Translations under genes and position numbers: made by a program | NCBI GenBank assembly: GCA_963702005.1 | Contig: OY969696.1 | Coordinates: 3,712,001-3,776,000 of the forward strand | DNA length: 64,000 nt | Reading direction: 5' to 3' | Origin: Candidatus Aminicenantes bacterium | Lineage (GTDB): Bacteria; Acidobacteriota; Aminicenantia; Aminicenantales; JAFGBC01 | Part shown: in pieces, positions 56,124 through 64,000 of the stretch | How the letters are laid out: every line of letters begins with the position of its first letter | Position numbering within the stretch: the stretch's first letter is position 1 | Notes under the pieces: generated by a model | The model's input: only the letters and a program-made list of their open reading frames with translations | What the model was told of the DNA's origin: nothing | The model's database searches: none

Positions 56124-58355
56124 ATGAAAATCTCCTTTTCAAAAGAAAATCGGTTACCGCGGCCGGCGAGAATAGTCCTCGGTCTCCTGCTCATGATAGC
56201 GGCCTTCTGGCCGGCCGGGGCCCAACAGCCGTCCTCTTCTCCGCTCGGGCCGCTCAGCCCTCGAACAGGCCTGCTGCTCAAGGACGGCATAATCCTGCGG
56301 TTCATCCAGGCCAGCTCCGGCGACCTGGCCTTCGATTCCGTATCGCACCTTGCCCTCTGGCATCGCCTCCAGATTTCAGAGAGCTACACCCGCGCAGCGG
56401 AATGGGTCAGCCAGAAAGCCCGGGATATCGGGCTTGAGCAAGTCGGTATTGAGCGCTTTCCCGCCGACGGGACGATTGATTATTTCGGCAACACCATGCC
56501 TCCCCAGTGGAAGGTGAAGAGGGCCGAATTGTGGCTCACTTCGCCGTTTTCCATGAAGCTAACCTCCTATGACGAGCTGCCCCTATCGCTGGCCACGTTC
56601 AGCACGAGCGCGGATGTCGAGGCTGATCTCGTGGACATCGGCGCCGGAACCGCTGATAAAGACTACGCCGCAGGGGTCAAGGGCAAGATCGTCCTCACCA
56701 CTGGCGATGTTCGGCAAGTTTATAATCGCGCCGTCACCAAGGAGGGCGCCGCGGGCATCATCACCTCTTGGTCGGTTCCGGAATTTGACTATCCAAACCG
56801 GAGGCCCGGCGACTTCCCCAATCAAGTGGGATGGCATCGCGTCCCCGGGAAAGACACCAAAGGTCCCGGTCACTTTGCCTTCGGCCTGTCCGCCCGCCGA
56901 GCCCAAGAACTCCAAACCCTCATCAGCCAAGGAAAAGCCGTCCGCGTCCATGTCATGGTCGATGCCGAGCTCGTGCCCGGCAACCTGGAGATCGTCAGCG
57001 GGATTATTCCCGGCTCTCTCTACCCGAATGAAGAAATCGTCGTCACCGCCCATCTGGATCATTACAAGCCGGGGGCGAACGACAACGCTTCCGGAAGCGC
57101 CTCCATCCTAGAGATGGCCCGGACCATGCGCCAGTTGATCGAAAACAAAGAGATGCCGCCGCCGCTCCGCACGATCCGGTTCATGTGGGTCCCGGAATAT
57201 AGCGGAACATATGCCTGGTTTTCGAAACATCTTAACGACCCCGTCAAACGGCTGGCCGACCTCAACTTTGATATGGTCGGTGAGAACGTCATGAAGACCA
57301 ACTCCGTAGTCTCCGCATGTTACTCGTCCGATTCCAATCCCTCGTTCCTGAACGCCGTGATGGAATCGGTCCTGGACTTCGTGAATAGATTCAACGGCGA
57401 CCGCTACCCGTTTCAAGCGGATTTTTATATCGGCTCGCTCGGAGGATCACGCAACCGCGCGGCCTGGCGGATGATCCCCTTCAGCTCGGGCAGCGACCAT
57501 GATCTTTTCAATAGATTAAAGATAGGGTCATCTGCATTGAGCGCCTGGCCGGACGATTTCTACCATTCGAGCGAGGATTCGGTCGACAAGGTCGACCCGA
57601 CGCAGCTTCACCGGGCCGTTGTCCTGGGGACGGCGGCCATGACCTCGCTGGCTTATGCCGACTCCGAACAAGCCCGGGACCTCGCCCGGCTATCTCTTGT
57701 TTATGGCAGGAAACGAATCGCCCAAAGCGAGTTCTCGGCGGCTAATTCGCTGATAAGCGCGACCAAGGATGATTTTGCCGAAGCCGACCGCCTGGCCGGG
57801 AACCTGATGGCGCACGTTTTCAGCCGGGAGCGCGCGGCCATCGGTTCATCCATCATGTTTGCCCGGACGGCCAAAGCGCGAAGCGATGTTCAGGGGGCCG
57901 TGTCCGCGCTTGATGTCGATGAGGCGGCCTCGCGGAAAAAGATTGAGGACGTCGCCAGGCTGAGAGCCGCGGAGCTCAGGGTGACAATGTCGCCCAAGCC
58001 CCTGACAGAAGCGGAGAAGCGGGCAGCGCGGTTCACGCCGGTTTGGAATGCCGGAAAGGAATTATTTTCATTTGAATATGTGAAGCGGATTCTGGCTAAA
58101 GATGCGACGGCCCAGATCCCGAAAATCGAGGCCGCCCTAAACGAAGTCATTCAACGGCTCCGGGATCAAGGGATTAGCGAGCTGACGCTCTACGGATTTC
58201 GGGATGCCGCCGCGCTATACGTCGACGGAAAATACTCCATCTTAGATATCCGCGACGCGCTGGCCGCAGAGTACACGTCGATAGCCCTCGAGGCGCTGGA
58301 ACTCTATTTCAGGGCGTTTGAGAAAGCCGAGTTGATGAAAATTCTGGAGAAATAA
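56124..58355 (+). CDS. M28-family aminopeptidase with PA domain (DUF4910-like)
   Basis: AHLDH, GANDNASG, WVPEYSG, NFDMVG, YHSSED; signal peptide. Confidence 0.88.
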   Translation: MKISFSKENRLPRPARIVLGLLLMIAAFWPAGAQQPSSSPLGPLSPRTGLLLKDGIILRFIQASSGDLAFDSVSHLALWHRLQISESYTRAAEWVSQKARDIGLEQVGIERFPADGTIDYFGNTMPPQWKVKRAELWLTSPFSMKLTSYDELPLSLATFSTSADVEADLVDIGAGTADKDYAAGVKGKIVLTTGDVRQVYNRAVTKEGAAGIITSWSVPEFDYPNRRPGDFPNQVGWHRVPGKDTKGPGHFAFGLSARRAQELQTLISQGKAVRVHVMVDAELVPGNLEIVSGIIPGSLYPNEEIVVTAHLDHYKPGANDNASGSASILEMARTMRQLIENKEMPPPLRTIRFMWVPEYSGTYAWFSKHLNDPVKRLADLNFDMVGENVMKTNSVVSACYSSDSNPSFLNAVMESVLDFVNRFNGDRYPFQADFYIGSLGGSRNRAAWRMIPFSSGSDHDLFNRLKIGSSALSAWPDDFYHSSEDSVDKVDPTQLHRAVVLGTAAMTSLAYADSEQARDLARLSLVYGRKRIAQSEFSAANSLISATKDDFAEADRLAGNLMAHVFSRERAAIGSSIMFARTAKARSDVQGAVSALDVDEAASRKKIEDVARLRAAELRVTMSPKPLTEAEKRAARFTPVWNAGKELFSFEYVKRILAKDATAQIPKIEAALNEVIQRLRDQGISELTLYGFRDAAALYVDGKYSILDIRDALAAEYTSIALEALELYFRAFEKAELMKILEK

Positions 58356-58363
58356 AAGCCGGC

Positions 58364-60385
58364 CTAACCGACTCTTTGCTTGATGCCGAAGTAGACCAGG
58401 CGGAGGACGATGATCAGGACGAGGCCGATGATGATCAGGATGCCCACGACCAGGACGAGCTTGGCCGAGTCCCCTTTTTCGGAAATGACCGGAAGCTGGA
58501 TGTAGGAGGCCCGCTCCCCGCCCCGGAAAACCGTGATCCGCGGGGGCGGCGCGAGCTCGGGGGTCAGGAACGAGGTTTGGTCGGCGCAGGTCAGGGCGAC
58601 CCTGATCCTATGTCCCCGGTCGAAGACGTTCGAGGTCGGGAGGAGGTCGAAGACAAGCTCGGCGGGCTCGCCCGGAACGAGCGGCTCGACGTCCTCCTTG
58701 AAGCCGCGGTGGTAGGGCAATCCGAAATTCTCGAAGGGGGACGAATCGAGCTTGCGGTGGGAGGCGCGGAGCACGCCCTCGGTCAGGTACTGGGAATAAC
58801 CGGTCTCGTCGACCTCCTCGAGATAGGCGAAAAAGTCGCCGTCGTCGGCCGTCGAGCCGATCCAGAGGTGGACGACGGGATGGCCGGTAACCTCGAGGGC
58901 GGCTTTTAACGGCTCGGTCGTATAGGTCAAGGCCTTGGCGTCGTTCGCCCGCATGTCGGGGTAGTTGAAGTCGCCGCCGCGGCCGTTCGTCCATCGCGTC
59001 GTTTTCCCGGTCGAGGTCCGGTAATCGACCGTGATGTCATCCTTGGCGCCGGCTTCCGGGGCGGGAGGAACGATCGCGGCCAGGAGGCCGTCGTTCGCGG
59101 ACTTGGAGCTCCCGGACCGGCCGCCTCGGAAGTAATACATGAGGGAGGTCGCCTCGGGGAGCGGCCAGCGCGCGGCCGTCCGCCAAGCCTGGTCCTTGGG
59201 GGCTCCCATCGTGTAGTAGATGATGGGCGGCTCGTCCATGACGCCGTTGTCGATCCCCTTGAGCCAGTAGTCGTACCAGCGAAGGATTTCAGCGCTATAG
59301 TCGAAGGGCGCTTCGGTCCCGGTCAGCCGGCGCAAAGCGTCCTTCCAGCCTTTACGGGAGTCGTGGCCGTGGGACCAGGGCGTAAGGAGGATTTTCTTCG
59401 GCCCGGGCAGGTTCGCGAACCAGACCAGGGAATCGCGGGGCCATATGTCGAACCAGCCGCCGACGACGTAGACGGCCGTCCTCGAGTTATTGGCCTGAAA
59501 ACCCTTAAGGAAGGACGATGGGCCTCCCTCGAGATAGGGCGCGGCGCCCGTGACCGGATCGAGGCCGTCCCGGAACGGGACCTGGCTTTCATCGGGGTAA
59601 CGGTTCGCCTTGTGCTCGGCGCGCGCTTGGGCGAGGAGGACGCCCTGGGGATCGTCGTCGACGGGAGGCGGCGGAACCGTTAGGTCGAGCATCCGAGTCA
59701 GCTGGCTCCAGCCGGCCAGGAAATCATCCTGGCAGACGCCGCCCGGGAAAACGAAGGAATAGAGGTCGAACATGGCCATGTCGGGCATGACGGCCGTAAG
59801 GTGGGGCGGCGCCTGGGAGGCGGCCAGGTATTGAGTGATACCCAAGTAGGAAATCCCGTACATCCCGATTTTCCCGGTGCACCAGGGCTGGGCGGCAAAC
59901 CACTCGGTGAGGTCGTAGGCGTCACGGGCTTCCTGGGGAGTGAAGGATCCGAGCGAGGCCCCGAACGAGGCGCCCGTGCCGCGGACATCGACCGAGGCGA
60001 AAATATAGCCGTGCTTGAGGACGGGTTGGAGCCAAGGCATCTGATCGAGGACGGTCATGACCTTGCCGCCGGGGAGGAGCGCGGCCCGATGGTAACGATT
60101 GAAAGTCCACAAGAGCGGGAGGGGCGTGGAAGCGGGCTGGGAAGCCAGGGCCGGGAAAATGATGTCGGCGGCCAGCCGGGTCCCGTCCCGCATGGAAATA
60201 TAGCGCGAGGTCCGGACCCACGAGTCGAAGAGGCGCTTCGAATAGCCCGTGTAGTATCCGGGCTTGGAGACCTTGGCGCCGGGCGGCAGGTCCTTGAAGC
60301 CCGGTTTGAGGGCGGCCTCGTCCTGGGCGAGGGCGGCCGCGGCGATGATGAGGAAGATAAGGATCAATCCCGCTCGCTTCGTCAT
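58364..60385 (-). CDS. CocE/NonD family hydrolase with C-terminal membrane anchor
   Basis: MRDGTRLAAD, DVRGTGASFG, GISYLG nucleophile, PWSH; hydrophobic C-terminus. Confidence 0.9.
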   Translation of the reverse strand: MTKRAGLILIFLIIAAAALAQDEAALKPGFKDLPPGAKVSKPGYYTGYSKRLFDSWVRTSRYISMRDGTRLAADIIFPALASQPASTPLPLLWTFNRYHRAALLPGGKVMTVLDQMPWLQPVLKHGYIFASVDVRGTGASFGASLGSFTPQEARDAYDLTEWFAAQPWCTGKIGMYGISYLGITQYLAASQAPPHLTAVMPDMAMFDLYSFVFPGGVCQDDFLAGWSQLTRMLDLTVPPPPVDDDPQGVLLAQARAEHKANRYPDESQVPFRDGLDPVTGAAPYLEGGPSSFLKGFQANNSRTAVYVVGGWFDIWPRDSLVWFANLPGPKKILLTPWSHGHDSRKGWKDALRRLTGTEAPFDYSAEILRWYDYWLKGIDNGVMDEPPIIYYTMGAPKDQAWRTAARWPLPEATSLMYYFRGGRSGSSKSANDGLLAAIVPPAPEAGAKDDITVDYRTSTGKTTRWTNGRGGDFNYPDMRANDAKALTYTTEPLKAALEVTGHPVVHLWIGSTADDGDFFAYLEEVDETGYSQYLTEGVLRASHRKLDSSPFENFGLPYHRGFKEDVEPLVPGEPAELVFDLLPTSNVFDRGHRIRVALTCADQTSFLTPELAPPPRITVFRGGERASYIQLPVISEKGDSAKLVLVVGILIIIGLVLIIVLRLVYFGIKQRVG

Positions 60386-60401
60386 GAGTGTCCTCCTCCG
60401 A

Positions 60402-61823
60402 TCAGCCTTTCATGACGCCGATCGGGACAACTCGGGCAACCAGCTTTCCCAGCCCGGCTTCATGCGAGACGCGGACGACCTCGTCCACGTCTTTATAGGC
60501 GGCCGAGGCCTCTTCGGCGACGCCCTTCCAGTTCGTCGACTTGAGCTCGATGCCGCGGCGGGCCAGCTCGTCGCGGATCTGCTCCCCCCGGAAGCGCTTG
60601 AGGGCCTCATGGCGGCTCATGACCCGGCCCGCTCCGTGGGCGGTCGAGCTGAAACTCCGCTCCTCGGCCTCTTCGGTCCCGGCCAGAATGTAGGAAGACG
60701 TCCCCATGCTGCCGGGGATGATGACCGGCTGGCCGACGGCGCGGTAGGCGGCCGGGATCTCGGGCCGGCCCGGGCCGAAGCTCCGGGTCGCACCCTTGCG
60801 GTGGATGCAGACGGTCTTCTCGACCCCGCCCACGACGTGCCGCTCGACCTTGGCGACGTTGTGACAGACGTCATAAACCATGCTCATCCCCTTCGCGCTC
60901 CCCAAGATCCGCTTGAAGACGTCCCGGACCCAGTGGGCGATCATCTGGCGGTTGGCGAAGGCGTAGTTGACGGCCCCGCACATGGAGGCGTAGTAGCGCC
61001 GGCCGACCTCGCTCTTGAAGGGCGCGTTGACCAGCTCCCGGTCCGGAAGCCCTCCGACGCCGACCTTGTTCTCCATGATCTCAATGTAGTCGGTCGCGAC
61101 CTGGTGCCCCAGCCCGCGACTCCCGCAGTGGATCATGACCGTGATCTGGCCCTCGGCCTCGATCCCGAAAGCCCGGGCGACCTCGGCGTCGAAGATCCGG
61201 TCAACCTTCTGGAACTCGAGGAAGTGGTTCCCCGAGCCGAGCGTCCCGAGCTGGGGAGCGCCGCGCTCCATGGCCCGCTCCGAGATGTGCTCCCAGGCGG
61301 CGTCCTTCATCCGGCCGCGCTCCTCGGTCCGGTCGAGATCCTCGGCCGTCCCGTAGCCGTTCTCAACCGCCCACTCGGCGCCCTTGACCAGGATGTCGCG
61401 GAGGACGCCGCGCGAGAGCTTGGTGACGCCGCCCTTCCCGACGCCGGCCGGGACCTCCTTGAAGATCTCGGCCAGGAGCTCCTTGCGCTTGGCCGTGATA
61501 TCCGGCTCGCGGAAATCGGTCCGGAGGAGACGGACGCCGCAGTTGATGTCATAGCCGACGCCGCCGGGCGAGATGATTCCGGAATCGAGGTCGAAGGCGG
61601 CCACCCCGCCGATCGGGAACCCGTAGCCCTGGTGGGCGTCGGGCATGACGTAGGACTTGAGCTGGATCCCGGGCAGGCAAGCGACGTTGCGGGCCTGGGT
61701 CAGCGTCAGGTCGTTCCGGATATCTTTGAGGAGGCGCTCGGAGGAATAGATCAGGGCCGGGACCTTCATCTCCCCCTGCTTGGGGATCTCCCACATGATG
61801 TCGCTGATCTTGCGGAGTTCCAT
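60402..61823 (-). CDS. rtcB: RNA ligase RtcB
   Basis: MPDAHQGYGFPIGG, GYDINCGVR, GSGNHFLE, IHCGSRG, HRKGAT, STAHGAGR; start placed at MELRK. Confidence 0.97.
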   Translation of the reverse strand: MELRKISDIMWEIPKQGEMKVPALIYSSERLLKDIRNDLTLTQARNVACLPGIQLKSYVMPDAHQGYGFPIGGVAAFDLDSGIISPGGVGYDINCGVRLLRTDFREPDITAKRKELLAEIFKEVPAGVGKGGVTKLSRGVLRDILVKGAEWAVENGYGTAEDLDRTEERGRMKDAAWEHISERAMERGAPQLGTLGSGNHFLEFQKVDRIFDAEVARAFGIEAEGQITVMIHCGSRGLGHQVATDYIEIMENKVGVGGLPDRELVNAPFKSEVGRRYYASMCGAVNYAFANRQMIAHWVRDVFKRILGSAKGMSMVYDVCHNVAKVERHVVGGVEKTVCIHRKGATRSFGPGRPEIPAAYRAVGQPVIIPGSMGTSSYILAGTEEAEERSFSSTAHGAGRVMSRHEALKRFRGEQIRDELARRGIELKSTNWKGVAEEASAAYKDVDEVVRVSHEAGLGKLVARVVPIGVMKG

Positions 61824-61836
61824 GGCGGGTCTCACC

Positions 61837-62340
61837 TCACATGTCGACGACGACCTGGACGACATAGCCGCCGCTCCCGCCGGCCGCGCCGCCGTCGCAG
61901 CATTCGATCTTCATCTCGTTATAGGTCACGGCTTTGACGGCGCCGTAGATCTCGGAGCGGTCGGAGAGGGTGTCGCCCCGGAAGCGGGCGGTCAGGCGGA
62001 GGCGGGCGTCCGATTCCGAGAGATGGTTGGGGACATCCGCGTCGCCGAGAGGGTCGCGGACGGCCGCCGCTTCCTCAATCCTTAGGCCCTCGACGCGGCC
62101 GAGCAAGAAGCGATCGGTATCGAGAAGGTACACGATCTCGTTAAGGAACTTGACCAGGAGCTGCTCGCGGTCGCGGCCGCGGACCTCGATCGGGCGTTCC
62201 AGCTTGGGCTCGACCTTGGACCAGTCCCACATGAGGGAGACCGTGGCCAGGGCCGCGTTGGCGAACGCCTCCTCGATCGTCTCGCCGTAAGCGCGGAATT
62301 TGCCGTCGGCCGTATGGGGCAGAATTTCATAGCGTACCAC
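61837..62340 (-). CDS. archease
   Basis: 'YEILPHTADG', 'VKAVTYNEM', C-terminal 'VVVDM'; directly upstream of rtcB. Confidence 0.92.
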   Translation of the reverse strand: MVRYEILPHTADGKFRAYGETIEEAFANAALATVSLMWDWSKVEPKLERPIEVRGRDREQLLVKFLNEIVYLLDTDRFLLGRVEGLRIEEAAAVRDPLGDADVPNHLSESDARLRLTARFRGDTLSDRSEIYGAVKAVTYNEMKIECCDGGAAGGSGGYVVQVVVDM

Positions 62341-62355
62341 GCCTTTATTATAGCA

Positions 62356-62429
62356 GGGTCAAACCTACACTTCGTCAAAAAGTGCATAAGCAAAGGCTCG
62401 CACAAAGTGACAAAGTGTAGGTTTGACCC
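62356..62429. repeat. REP-like inverted repeat (22-bp arms)
   Basis: GGGTCAAACCTACACTTCGTCA ... TGACAAAGTGTAGGTTTGACCC, 21/22 complementary. Confidence 0.75.
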
Positions 62430-62433
62430 CCGC

Positions 62434-62492
62434 TTGACAATCTATCTAATTATCTGTATATTCTTAAATAAGAAATTATTATTATTTAATTG
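62434..62492 (+). promoter_or_regulatory. perR-catalase promoter with AT-rich Per/Fur-box-like tract
   Basis: TTGACA (62434)-17 bp-TATATT (62457); downstream AATTATTATTATTTAATT. Confidence 0.55.
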
Positions 62493-62501
62493 AAAGCGCC
62501 G

Positions 62502-62960
62502 ATGAAACGTGATCCTGAAGATATGGCGCGGCTGATGAGCCGGTTCGAGGACGCGATCCGCCGGGCCGGCATCAAGCGGACCCAGCAGCGCATCGAGATT
62601 TTCTGCGAAGTGGCCCGGACGGGCGATCACCCCGACATCGAGACAATCTTCAGGAATGTCCGCCGGAAACTGCCCACCGTGTCTCTCGACACCGTCTACC
62701 GCACGCTGGGGCTTTTCGGAAAGCTCGGGCTGATAACGACGGTGCGGCCTCTCAACGAGCGGGTCCGCTTCGACGCGAACACGGACGTCCATCACCACTT
62801 CGTCTGCGCCCGCTGCGGCGCAATCCGCGATTTCGAGCATCGGGATTTCCATTTAGGGCGTGTCCCCAAGACGGCGGCCGGGCTGGGGCGCGTGGAGTCC
62901 TTGCGCGTCGAGCTCCGGGGCGTCTGCGCTGACTGTTTGGCTCATAGCCCTCGGAGCTGA
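62502..62960 (+). CDS. perR: Fur-family peroxide regulator
   Basis: DHP, SLDTVYRTL, RFDAN..HHHFVCARCGAIRDF (Asp rather than Fur's Glu), C-terminal CxxC; upstream of catalase. Confidence 0.82.
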   Translation: MKRDPEDMARLMSRFEDAIRRAGIKRTQQRIEIFCEVARTGDHPDIETIFRNVRRKLPTVSLDTVYRTLGLFGKLGLITTVRPLNERVRFDANTDVHHHFVCARCGAIRDFEHRDFHLGRVPKTAAGLGRVESLRVELRGVCADCLAHSPRS

Positions 62961-63006
62961 CTAAGGAGTAAGTTCATACGAATCCTTGAGATAAAGGAGG
63001 TCCTAC

Positions 63007-64000
63007 ATGGCCAAAGATGAAAAAAAGCTGACAACCGGCTTCGGCATGCCGGTCGACAACGACCTGAACTCGACGACCGCCGGCCCCAAGGGCCCGGTTC
63101 TGGTTCAGGACGTCCACCTCATCGAGAAGCTCGCCCATTTCGACCGCGAGCGGATCCCGGAACGCGTCGTCCACGCCAAGGGCGCCGGCGCGCACGGCTA
63201 TTTCGAGCTCACCCGCGATGTTTCCATGTTCACGCGGGCCAAGTTCCTTTCGAAGCCGGGTCAGCGGACCGAAGTCTTTCTAAGGTTCTCCACGGTCGGC
63301 GGCGAGAAAGGGTCGGCCGACTCGGAGCGCGACCCCCGCGGCTTCGCCGTCAAGTTCTACACCGAAGAGGGGAACTACGACATGGTCGGCAACAACACCC
63401 CGGTCTTCTTCATCCGCGACCCGCTCAAGTTCCCCGACTTCATCCACACCCAGAAGCGCAATCCGGCGACCAACCTCAAGGACCCGGACATGTTCTGGGA
63501 TTTCCTATCCCTGACGCCCGAGTCGATTCACCAGGTGAGCATCCTCTTCTCCGACCGCGGCACGCCGAGGGGCTACCGCAATATGAACGGCTACGGCAGC
63601 CATACCTATATGTGGTACAACGAGAAGGGCGACTACTATTGGATCAAGTACCACTTCAAGACCGAGCAGGGGATCCAAAACTTCACCCGCGAGGAAGCCG
63701 ACCGGATGCGGGGGATTGATCCCGACGTCGCCACCCGCGACCTCCACCAGGCCATCGCCCGCGGCGAGTTCCCCGCTTGGCGCGTTGAAGTCCAGATCAT
63801 GAAGCCGGAACAGGCCAAGGACTACAAGTTCGACCCCTTCGACATCACCAATGTTTGGCCGCACGCCGATTTCCCGCCGCTCGCGATCGGCCGAATGGTC
63901 CTCAACCGCAATCCCGAGAACTACTTCGCCGAAGTCGAGCAGGCCGCCTTCTCGCCCGGTAACTTCGTCCCCGGCATCGGCCCGTCCCCGGACAAGATGC
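63007..64000 (+). CDS. katA: monofunctional haem catalase; 3' end outside window
   Basis: AAGGAGG SD; [13 protein letters not shown]...[21 protein letters not shown]...[12 protein letters not shown]...[13 protein letters not shown]. Confidence 0.96.
   Translation, partial: MAKDEKKLTTGFGMPVDNDLNSTTAGPKGPVLVQDVHLIEKLAHFDRERIPERVVHAKGAGAHGYFELTRDVSMFTRAKFLSKPGQRTEVFLRFSTVGGEKGSADSERDPRGFAVKFYTEEGNYDMVGNNTPVFFIRDPLKFPDFIHTQKRNPATNLKDPDMFWDFLSLTPESIHQVSILFSDRGTPRGYRNMNGYGSHTYMWYNEKGDYYWIKYHFKTEQGIQNFTREEADRMRGIDPDVATRDLHQAIARGEFPAWRVEVQIMKPEQAKDYKFDPFDITNVWPHADFPPLAIGRMVLNRNPENYFAEVEQAAFSPGNFVPGIGPSPDKM

Noticed and set aside
1-64000. tRNA, rRNA, riboswitch (e.g. cobalamin near the mutase) or prophage genes
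   Set aside because: No recognisable signatures by eye; tRNAscan-SE and Infernal/Rfam would be needed to exclude them formally.

Overview
This is a GC-rich bacterial chromosomal window. The gene style (6-bladed propeller, VPS10/BNR and CocE/NonD proteins, bacterial archease-RtcB) is reminiscent of Aminicenantia/Acidobacteriota, but that is inference only. Left part (0-10 kb): a partial PLP enzyme with a Tat-like leader, a VapBC pair, DASS and SSS transporters, and a propionyl/methylmalonyl-CoA cluster. About 10-34 kb is a mosaic, partly AT-rich defence/TA island. It holds AbiE #1 coupled to polX, an Mrr-like nuclease, an ApeA-like HEPN protein, a Druantia-III-like pair (717-aa partner plus 1621-aa DEAH/DUF1998 helicase) bracketed by 41-bp direct repeats, AbiE #2 whose toxin carries WYL and Zn-finger domains, a membrane protein plus metallophosphoesterase pair, a DUF5678-like/retropepsin pair and several internally deleted gene shards. 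About 34-42 kb holds three copies of a ~245-bp MITE-like element (two bracket a CocE/NonD gene) and an intact IS21 with a 5-bp target duplication inside a membrane-protein gene. The right part is mostly secreted hydrolases/propellers punctuated by REP-like palindromes (one in frame within a CDS), ending with archease-rtcB and perR-catalase. I saw no CRISPR array, rRNA or tRNA gene. All family calls come from motif recognition by eye, not database searches.
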